Source: Longimicrobiales bacterium (GTDB lineage: Bacteria; Gemmatimonadota; Gemmatimonadetes; Longimicrobiales; Gaopeijiaceae). Taken from it: a stretch of 64,000 nucleotides of DNA. The translations under genes were made by a program, and so were the position numbers. Below the pieces are notes generated by a model. It saw only the letters and a program-made list of their open reading frames with translations, made no database searches and had not been told where the DNA came from. The stretch is from positions 4,032,001 through 4,096,000 of the forward strand of contig OZ220732.1 in the NCBI GenBank assembly GCA_965116905.1, written 5' to 3'. This document shows, one piece after another, positions 8,668 to 16,199 of the stretch. Every line of letters begins with the position of its first letter. Positions within the stretch are counted from its first letter, which is position 1.

Positions 8668-9924
8668 GTGACGGGCCGGTTATGGCGAATCGGGTGGCGC
8701 AACCTCGGCCGTAACCGGAAGCGAACAGTTCTCACCGCGCTCGGCCTCGCGGTCGGCTACTTTTCCGTGGTGTTCATGGTCGGCTGGGCCGAGGGGGTCT
8801 CGACGGGACTCGTCGAGAACGCCACGTCGCTGGTCAGTGGGCAGATCGAGATCCACGACGCCGACTACCGGCCCGAGCGCAGCCTTTACGAGACCATCGG
8901 CGGACGCGAGGGTGCCGACGTGGCGGACCTCCTGCGCACCATCGAGGCCGATCCCTCGGTCGTGGCCGCCGCCCCGCGCGTGTACGCGAGCGGGCTCGTG
9001 AGTTCCGGCGAGGCGACATCGGCCGGCACTCTGCTCGGCGTCGACCCCGAGCGCGAGCTGGCGCTGACACGTTTTCTGGATCCCCTGGCAGCGGGCCGCC
9101 TGCCTGCCACCGGCCAACACGAAGCCGTTGTGGGAGACGAGATGGCGCGGCAGCTCGAGCTGAGCATCGGGGACGAACTCGTCGTCGTCGCCTCGGCGGC
9201 GGACGGCTCGATGGGCAACGACCTGTACACGGTCACCGGCATCTTCCGGACCGGCCTGCTCGAGTTCGATGCCGGCACCATGGTCATTCCGGTCGCAGAC
9301 CTGCAGACGCTCGTGGTCCTCGATCCGGATCGGGTCCACGAAATCGCAGTCAGCACCGACGATCCGTCGCAAGCCGACCTGACCGCGACCCGCCTCGCAT
9401 CCACCCTTGGAGCCCCCGAGCGGGCGATGTCGGTCGCGCCGTGGACCGAGCTCAATCCGGTGCTTGCCCAGTATGTCGCGCTCGCGGATGCGATGTACTG
9501 GATCTTCATCGTCCTCATCTTTTCAGTCGCCAGCTTCGGCATCGCCAACACGACGCTGATGGCCACCTTCGAACGCCGCCGCGAGTTCGCCGTCATGCTG
9601 GCGATGGGTGCATCGCCGCGGTCCGTGGTGGGCACGGTGCTGTCCGAGGCGGTCGCGACCGGCGTCATCGGGCTGGGCCTCGGGACCGCCGTCACGGCGC
9701 CGCTGTTGATCTGGTTCTCCACGGCGCCGCCCGACATCGGATGGCTCTTCGCAAACCTCACCGTAGAGGGCGTCCTGCTGACGCCGAGTCTCCGGGTGGG
9801 GGCCAACGTACCGGCATGGACCTGGGCGACAATCGGCCTCATCGTCACGGCACTCGTCTCCGCCCTCTACCCGGCAATCCGTGCCGCGCGGGTGCCGCCT
9901 GCCGACACTCTCTCGGGCCTGTAG
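8668..9924 (+). CDS. ABC transporter permease, FtsX/LolE/MacB-like
   Basis: WRNLGRNRKRT N-terminus, periplasmic domain, ERRREFAVMLAMGA, and YPAIRAARVPP C-terminus. Confidence 0.9.
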   Translation: MTGRLWRIGWRNLGRNRKRTVLTALGLAVGYFSVVFMVGWAEGVSTGLVENATSLVSGQIEIHDADYRPERSLYETIGGREGADVADLLRTIEADPSVVAAAPRVYASGLVSSGEATSAGTLLGVDPERELALTRFLDPLAAGRLPATGQHEAVVGDEMARQLELSIGDELVVVASAADGSMGNDLYTVTGIFRTGLLEFDAGTMVIPVADLQTLVVLDPDRVHEIAVSTDDPSQADLTATRLASTLGAPERAMSVAPWTELNPVLAQYVALADAMYWIFIVLIFSVASFGIANTTLMATFERRREFAVMLAMGASPRSVVGTVLSEAVATGVIGLGLGTAVTAPLLIWFSTAPPDIGWLFANLTVEGVLLTPSLRVGANVPAWTWATIGLIVTALVSALYPAIRAARVPPADTLSGL

Positions 9925-9926
9925 CC

Positions 9927-11204
9927 GTGCTCCTGCGCGTCCTGGTCCGGCTCGCCCTCAGGAACCTGCGCCGTCATCTGCGTCGCACGGTGCTGACTGC
10001 CTCGGCGATGATGGTCGGCGGCGCATTCCTGGTCTGGTCGATGACGATCGATGACGGCAGCCACGAACAGTGGGTCGATTCCGGTGTGCGCATGGGGAGC
10101 GGACACGTGACCATCGAGCGGCCCGAGTACCGGCTGCGCCGCCAGATCGACGACCGGCTGCCGACGGACGTCAGCCGCGCCGCGGAGCAGGCACTGGCCT
10201 CTCCCGAGGTCGCGCGGCACGTCGTGACCGTGTCCGCCAAACTCGGTATCAACGGCCTGGCGAGTTCGGCGGCCGGTGCCCGCCCGGCGGAGATCGTGGG
10301 GGTCGATCCCGTCGCCGAAGCGGCCTTCGGCACAATCGACGATGCGGTGATCGAAGGGCGCTACCTCGAGCCCGATGATCGGCTGGCGGCCTATGTCGGC
10401 GCCGATCTGGCCCGCAGCCTTGGACTCGAGATCGGATCGCGCTTCGTCGTGCAGGCGCAGGGCACCGATGGCGAGATTGCGGGGCAGCTGCTCTACGTCA
10501 TAGGGATCTTCCGCAGTCGCGTGCCCGCCATCGACCAGGCGACGATTCACGTCACGCTCGCGACAGCCGGCGAGTGGCTCGGTTCCGGTAGCGACGTGAC
10601 CAACGTCGCGGTCGTGCTGCAAGGCAGCGGCAGGACCCGGTGGGTCTCCGACCGCCTGGCGCGGGCGCTGGCGGAGCCGGTGGAACGCGGCGAGGCACGC
10701 GTCGTAGAGTGGCGCGAGGCGAACCCTGTCCTGGCGGCAGGGGTCGCGATCGACGAATTCGGCAACTACGTGATTCAGGGGTTCCTGTTCGTCATCATCG
10801 CGTTCGCGATCGTCAACACGGTGCTGATGTCGGTGATGCATCGCCAGCGCGAGTTCGGCGTGCTTCAGGCGCAGGGGCTGACGCCGGGTCAGACGGGCAC
10901 CGTCGTGCTCATCGAAGGCCTCACGCTATCCGCGGTCAGCGGGCTCGTCGGCGTCGGCCTGGGACTCCTGGGCACCTGGTATTTCTTCGGCGACGGTTTC
11001 GACTCGTCGGTCTTCATGCGGGGTATCGACGAGTTGACATTCTCGGGTGCCGCCGTTGATCCCATCATCGTGCCAATCTTCGGGGTACGACGCATTGTCC
11101 AGGTTGTCGCGTTCATTCTCGGCATTGGCATTCTCGCCTCGGTCTATCCCGCGCTGCGCGCCGCCCGGGTCGACGTTACCGAGGCGATGAAGTTCGATCG
11201 GTAG
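9927..11204 (+). CDS. ABC transporter permease, FtsX/LolC/MacB-like
   Basis: ALRNLRRHLRRT, HRQREFGVLQAQG and YPALRAARVDV; GTG start 2 nt after the previous stop. Confidence 0.9.
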   Translation: MLLRVLVRLALRNLRRHLRRTVLTASAMMVGGAFLVWSMTIDDGSHEQWVDSGVRMGSGHVTIERPEYRLRRQIDDRLPTDVSRAAEQALASPEVARHVVTVSAKLGINGLASSAAGARPAEIVGVDPVAEAAFGTIDDAVIEGRYLEPDDRLAAYVGADLARSLGLEIGSRFVVQAQGTDGEIAGQLLYVIGIFRSRVPAIDQATIHVTLATAGEWLGSGSDVTNVAVVLQGSGRTRWVSDRLARALAEPVERGEARVVEWREANPVLAAGVAIDEFGNYVIQGFLFVIIAFAIVNTVLMSVMHRQREFGVLQAQGLTPGQTGTVVLIEGLTLSAVSGLVGVGLGLLGTWYFFGDGFDSSVFMRGIDELTFSGAAVDPIIVPIFGVRRIVQVVAFILGIGILASVYPALRAARVDVTEAMKFDR

Positions 11205-11210
11205 GAGGTC

Positions 11211-11912
11211 ATGGCAATGAGTAAAACGGCAGCCGCCCGGACCGACGGCGTCTGGAAGGTCTTCCAGCAGGAAGCTGAATCCGTCGAGGCGGTCCGCGAC
11301 GTCAGCCTGACCATAGAGCGTGGCGAGTTCACCGCGCTTGCGGGACCGTCGGGCTCCGGCAAGACGACGCTGCTGAATCTGATCGGTGGCCTGACCAGCC
11401 CCACAAAGGGACGGGTCTGGGTGGCCGGGCACGAGGTGAGCCGCATGTCGACCCGGGATTTGGCGCGGCTACGGCTCGAGGAGGTTGGCTTCGTCTTTCA
11501 GGCCTATAACCTGCTCCCCGTGCTCACGGCATTGGAGAACGCGGAATTCCCGATGCTCCTCCAGGGCGTGCCCGTGAAGGAGCGTCAGGCGCGGGTCCGC
11601 GAACTCTTTGCGCGAACGGGCATGGAAGGGCTCGAAGACCGGCGCCCGGGCAAGCTGTCAGGCGGCCAGCAGCAGCGCGTCGCCGTCGTCCGTGCGGTGG
11701 CTGGCCGTCCGGCCCTCGTGCTTGCGGACGAGCCGACGGCGAACCTCGACTCGGTCACCAGCGAAGCGCTCCTCGATGTCATGGGCGAGCTGAATCGCGA
11801 CCTCGGAGTGACCTTCGTCTTCGCCACCCACGACAGCCGCGTCATGGAGCGGTGCCGGCGTCTGGTCCGCATGGTCGACGGCGCTGTGCGTGACGACGAG
11901 CCCGGATCCTAG
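11211..11912 (+). CDS. ABC transporter ATP-binding protein (LolD-like)
   Basis: GPSGSGKT, LSGGQQQRV, LADEPTANLD and ATHD motifs. Confidence 0.95.
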   Translation: MAMSKTAAARTDGVWKVFQQEAESVEAVRDVSLTIERGEFTALAGPSGSGKTTLLNLIGGLTSPTKGRVWVAGHEVSRMSTRDLARLRLEEVGFVFQAYNLLPVLTALENAEFPMLLQGVPVKERQARVRELFARTGMEGLEDRRPGKLSGGQQQRVAVVRAVAGRPALVLADEPTANLDSVTSEALLDVMGELNRDLGVTFVFATHDSRVMERCRRLVRMVDGAVRDDEPGS

Positions 11913-11933
11913 CAGCCAGCCTGGGTGGCGAGA

Positions 11934-13226
11934 CTAGCAGCCTAGACCCTGGGACACCTGGGCATAGCTGGTAAGCGGGACCGCGCACATCCGATGCCAG
12001 TCCTCCTGGTCGATGACGGGTTGGTTCAACAGTTCAATCATCTCGTCGAAGTCATGGAGCGCGGAGCACCCCACCACCGCCGGGTCCGCTGCCTGCCGGT
12101 GTCGTGGCCAGGCGCGGTCACGAGCATGGCGCCAGAAGCCGCTGTTGTACCTGGAGCCGCACGAGTAGTGCCAGCCGACGAACAGGCCGTAGCGGATCAT
12201 GTTGTTGATGAGGAACCGATTGACCACGGGCGCGTCGCGCTCGAGATGCTCCGGCGGACGGCTGAGGCGCGTCCGGAGCACCATCCCGATCTGCAATTGG
12301 GCGGATACGATCGCCGTTGCCTCGAGCGGCTCCATGAAGGCCGCTGCGTTGCCGATGCGGGCCACGGCACCGTCGTAGATCCGACGGTGGACGAAGTTGG
12401 GAAACCCGATGACGGCGCGCTGCTCAAACTCGGACACGCCGTCGGCCTCGAGGAGCCTGTCAAAATCCGATTCGACGTCGACCAGGCTCGACAGGTTGCC
12501 GTTGAAGACGTACCCGTAGGATGTGTGGGCAGTGAGCGGAATCACGAATACCCAGCCGTGTCGACGCGCAACCGCGCGCGTGTACGTGTGCTGGAGCACC
12601 GGTCCATCCCGCTCTTCGCTGAAGACCGGCGGACAGCGGCGTATGACGGCCGTATCGGTGGGGATGAAGGGAAGGTCGATGTGCTGGTCGGGACGGAGCT
12701 CCCTGGGGAACCCGCGCGCATCGAACACGAGGTCGTACCGTTCCGGCGGCCGGCCCTCGAATTCCACGCGAGCGCCGCCACTCACCCTGGTGATATCGAG
12801 TACCCTCGCATCGATGTGCCGCGCGCGCGTGCCTTCGTGGAGCAGGTCCGCCATCAGGTCGGCGGACAGGTGGTAGGCGTAGGACACCTGCTGCGGCGTG
12901 AAGTAGTGGGTGAAGTCCCGATCGCGTCGGCCCCATCCCTCGAACGCGACACCGTACTTGCGAGTCCCACTCAGGCGCTGCTGTACGGTGTCGTGCGGCA
13001 GACTCGTCAGCTGTTGCAGCTCCCGAACCAGGCTCGGCCAGCTGCCTTCACCGACTCCGATCACCGGGATCCGCGAGTCGTATATGTGGTGCAGCTCGTG
13101 ATCGCTGTCGGGATGAAGACGCGTCACGCTGGCGGCCGCCAGGCACCCTGCGGTCCCTCGCCCCACAACCGCGATCTTCCGTAGGGATTCGCTCTTCCGT
13201 AAGGACTCGGTGCCTGGGTGTATCAC
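11934..13226 (-). CDS. srpI: Flavin-dependent tryptophan halogenase (SrpI-like peptidyl brominase)
   Basis: IAVVGRGTAG FAD motif, IGVGEG, catalytic Lys in GTRKYG, GWVFVIPL (WxWxIP variant) and FMEPLEAT. Start placed at GTG 13226 with a GGAGG RBS. Confidence 0.85.
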   Translation of the reverse strand: MIHPGTESLRKSESLRKIAVVGRGTAGCLAAASVTRLHPDSDHELHHIYDSRIPVIGVGEGSWPSLVRELQQLTSLPHDTVQQRLSGTRKYGVAFEGWGRRDRDFTHYFTPQQVSYAYHLSADLMADLLHEGTRARHIDARVLDITRVSGGARVEFEGRPPERYDLVFDARGFPRELRPDQHIDLPFIPTDTAVIRRCPPVFSEERDGPVLQHTYTRAVARRHGWVFVIPLTAHTSYGYVFNGNLSSLVDVESDFDRLLEADGVSEFEQRAVIGFPNFVHRRIYDGAVARIGNAAAFMEPLEATAIVSAQLQIGMVLRTRLSRPPEHLERDAPVVNRFLINNMIRYGLFVGWHYSCGSRYNSGFWRHARDRAWPRHRQAADPAVVGCSALHDFDEMIELLNQPVIDQEDWHRMCAVPLTSYAQVSQGLGC

Positions 13227-13367
13227 CCCAAATGCCCTCCACGACCGTCGACTGCGGGACTCTTCGATGTGCCGCGGACAGCAAGCTAACACGATCTTCG
13301 CATCATCGCCGTCGGCGCGGCTCTCGTCGTTTCCTTGGGGGACGAGGTCTGCACCGTTCACCCGAGG

Positions 13368-13376
13368 TGTTATACT
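13368..13376 (+). promoter_or_regulatory. Putative extended -10 promoter (TGnTATACT) for the transporter/maturase operon
   Basis: TGTTATACT in the divergent intergenic region, ~55 nt upstream of the HlyD-like gene. Confidence 0.45.
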
Positions 13377-13432
13377 ACCCGGCGAGACCGGTCCGTCCCT
13401 GCTTGATCGTGATGAGGAGTCTGTGTGGAGCC

Positions 13433-13984
13433 GTGTTCAATAACCCGCTTGGTTCGTTTCACAATACCGTTGCCGAAGCAAAGGAAGAACGCGAGCAACT
13501 CGACCGTCTGCTGACGGTTTCCACACCGCGAGAGCGCCTGCTTGTCACAGTCATCGCTCTTGTGTTGGTCATCTTCATCACCTGGCTCTTTTTCGGCAGC
13601 GTAGCCCGTAGCCTTGCGATCGACGGCGTACTCGAGGAGTCCGGCCAAAACCTGTCCGAAGCCGCCCAGTCAGTGCAGGCGCTGGTCTGGATCGAGAACG
13701 ACGTTCTGCCCGAGGTCAGGGCCGGGATGCCGGCGTCGATCGAACTGGGCGGGGCGGATGGAGACGCGGGCACGATTGGCGGAGAGATTACGATGATTTC
13801 CGCTGTCCGCCTGCCCGAGCTTCCAGCGGCCTTCGAGTCCGCAGTGCCGGCCTCCGTCCATCGCGTCCAGATCGCGCTCGACGAAAGCCCCGACTCTTCC
13901 TTCGTTGCGGGCCGGGAATGCCGGATCGTCATCGAAATCGGCACCCAGGCTCCGATCGCACTCCTGCGACTGGGGCAACCATAG
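13433..13984 (+). CDS. Short NHLP-system secretion accessory protein (HlyD-like, internally reduced)
   Basis: EQLDRLLTVSTPR motif plus a TM helix typical of NHLP HlyD N-termini; VRAGMPA..G.I..IS beta-barrel remnant; C-terminal QAPIALL; only ~183 aa. Confidence 0.7.
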   Translation: MFNNPLGSFHNTVAEAKEEREQLDRLLTVSTPRERLLVTVIALVLVIFITWLFFGSVARSLAIDGVLEESGQNLSEAAQSVQALVWIENDVLPEVRAGMPASIELGGADGDAGTIGGEITMISAVRLPELPAAFESAVPASVHRVQIALDESPDSSFVAGRECRIVIEIGTQAPIALLRLGQP

Positions 13985-13985
13985 C

Positions 13986-16199
13986 ATGCCGTCGATCGCC
14001 TTCAGAGGAGTTGGCGACAAGAAAGCCGCCGGGTTCAAGGCAAAGCACAGGATCACCACGCCCATTGTGCTGCAGGTGCATGCGTCGGAGTGCGGTGCCG
14101 CCTGCCTCGGCAGCATCCTCGGCTACTTCGGACGCTGGGTTCCGCTGACCGAGCTGCGGGAAAGATGCGAAGTGAGTCGAGACGGAAGCAGTGCGGCGAG
14201 CATCGTGCGCGCCGCCAGACATTATGGTCTCGAATCCAGCGGACTCAGTTTGCGCGCCGATCAACTGAAAAAGCTGCCGTTGCCGCTGATCGTGTTCTGG
14301 CAATTCAGTCATTTCCTCATCGTCGAGGGGTTCGACGGCCGCAACTTCTATCTCAATGATCCGTCCACGGGACGGCGCAAGCTTTCCGCCGAGGAGTTCA
14401 CCCGGGGCTACAGTGGCATTGCGCTCCGATTCAAGCCGGGCCCCGACTTCAAACCCGGCGGTGAACGGCCCGGACTGGTCAGACAACTGCACGCCCTGCT
14501 CGCCGGATCATGGGGCGTGCTCACCTGGGTGATCGCGTGCGGCCTCATGTTGACGCTGCTGGCCCTCATTGTCCCCGCATCTCTGGGCGCATTCGTGGAC
14601 GATGTGCTGGAAGACCGGGGGCCCTGGGGCGGCATCGTGACGGCACTGCTCGGCGGCGGCGTCCTCGTCTATATCCTGTCCCTGCTCAAGCACCGGTTCC
14701 TGAAGCGACTCGCAGTCCGGATTTCGGTGACCGGCTACAGTCGTGGCTTGTCGCGGCTGCTGCGGTTGCCGGTGGAGTTCTTCGAACACCGGCTCGTGGG
14801 CGATCTGACGGATCGAGTCTCGTCCATCGACAGGATCGCGAGGAATCTGACGGAGCAGTTTCTTGTGCTCGTTATCGACATGGGAATGAGCGCCGTGCTG
14901 CTTGCTGCCATGTTGGTCTACGACGTCCGGCTCACACTGGTCGTGCTCGTTCTGGCCGTTATGCATGGCGTGCTGGCGCACTTTCTGAACGGCGTCAGAG
15001 CCGTTCGAAGCCAGGCGATGAGACGCGAACAGGGACTGCTGATCGGCATCGGCATGCAGATGCTGAGCCATGCCGACAACCTGCGCATGACGGGATCGGA
15101 CGACCATTTCTTTTCGCGGTGGACCGGTCATCAGGCGCGCGAACTGCATGCGCGCCAGCGCTACTCGGAGCTGGGCTCCGTCAATGCCGCGCTTCCGGGT
15201 CTGATCGTCGCCCTTCGAGGCGCGGCGATCCTGGGCATCGGCGGAAGTCTGGTCCTGGCCGGGGAAATGACCCTGGGGGCGCTGGTCGCGTTCTACATCC
15301 TGAGCGAAATGTTCCTGGCGCCGGTCGGGCGATTCCTGGAGTTCGCCGAGAAGCGCCAGGCCCTCGAAACCGATCTGCAGCGACTCGAAGACATCTCCAG
15401 GACCGCCGAGGACCCCGCCCTCATCCGCCAAAGTCAGCACTCCGAGTCGATTCCGACTTTCAAGGGCCAGCTTCAGCTCGCCGGCCGGCTTGAGCTGCGA
15501 GACGTCACCTTCGGGTTCAACAAGAGCCGGCCGGCTCTCATCAAGGACTTCAACCTCCTGATCAGGCCGGGGCAGCGGGTTGCCGTGGTCGGTCCGAGCG
15601 GTTCCGGCAAGTCGACCCTCGCGCGTCTGATTGCCGGTGTCTACCAGCCCTGGTCGGGCGACATCCTGTTCGATGGCTATCCGCGGGATGAGATTCCCGA
15701 TGGGGTGCTGCGGCAGTCCATCTCCATGGTGGATCAGGAGGTGGTGCTCTTTTCCGCGTCCGTGCGCGACAACATCACCCTGTGGAACCCCGCCGTTCCG
15801 GACGAGGCCATCTTCGCGGCGGCGCGCGACGCCCGGATCCATGACGAAATCCTGCTTCGGCCGGATGGGTACGCCACGCGGGTCGATGAGGGCGGCGTGA
15901 ATTTCAGCGGCGGCCAGCGGCAGCGGCTGGAGATCGCCCGCGGGCTGGTGGGCGATCCCACGCTCCTCATTCTGGATGAGGCGACCAGCGCCCTCGATGC
16001 CGCGACGGAGGAATACGTCGATGATGCCCTGCGCCGTCGGGGTGTCACCTGCCTGATCGTGGCGCACCGGCTGAGCACCGTGCGGGACAGCGACGAGATC
16101 ATCGTGCTCGACAAGGGCGTCGAAGTGCAGCGCGGGACGCACGACGAGCTGATGGGGGATCGGGACGGCACCTACTACAAGCTGGTCAGATCCGGCTGA
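13986..16199 (+). CDS. NHLP-type peptidase-containing ABC transporter (C39 + TMD + NBD)
   Basis: QVHASECGAACL (Cys), FWQFSHFLIVEG (His) and NDP; GPSGSGKS, FSGGQRQR and LDEATSALD. Confidence 0.95.
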   Translation: MPSIAFRGVGDKKAAGFKAKHRITTPIVLQVHASECGAACLGSILGYFGRWVPLTELRERCEVSRDGSSAASIVRAARHYGLESSGLSLRADQLKKLPLPLIVFWQFSHFLIVEGFDGRNFYLNDPSTGRRKLSAEEFTRGYSGIALRFKPGPDFKPGGERPGLVRQLHALLAGSWGVLTWVIACGLMLTLLALIVPASLGAFVDDVLEDRGPWGGIVTALLGGGVLVYILSLLKHRFLKRLAVRISVTGYSRGLSRLLRLPVEFFEHRLVGDLTDRVSSIDRIARNLTEQFLVLVIDMGMSAVLLAAMLVYDVRLTLVVLVLAVMHGVLAHFLNGVRAVRSQAMRREQGLLIGIGMQMLSHADNLRMTGSDDHFFSRWTGHQARELHARQRYSELGSVNAALPGLIVALRGAAILGIGGSLVLAGEMTLGALVAFYILSEMFLAPVGRFLEFAEKRQALETDLQRLEDISRTAEDPALIRQSQHSESIPTFKGQLQLAGRLELRDVTFGFNKSRPALIKDFNLLIRPGQRVAVVGPSGSGKSTLARLIAGVYQPWSGDILFDGYPRDEIPDGVLRQSISMVDQEVVLFSASVRDNITLWNPAVPDEAIFAAARDARIHDEILLRPDGYATRVDEGGVNFSGGQRQRLEIARGLVGDPTLLILDEATSALDAATEEYVDDALRRRGVTCLIVAHRLSTVRDSDEIIVLDKGVEVQRGTHDELMGDRDGTYYKLVRSG

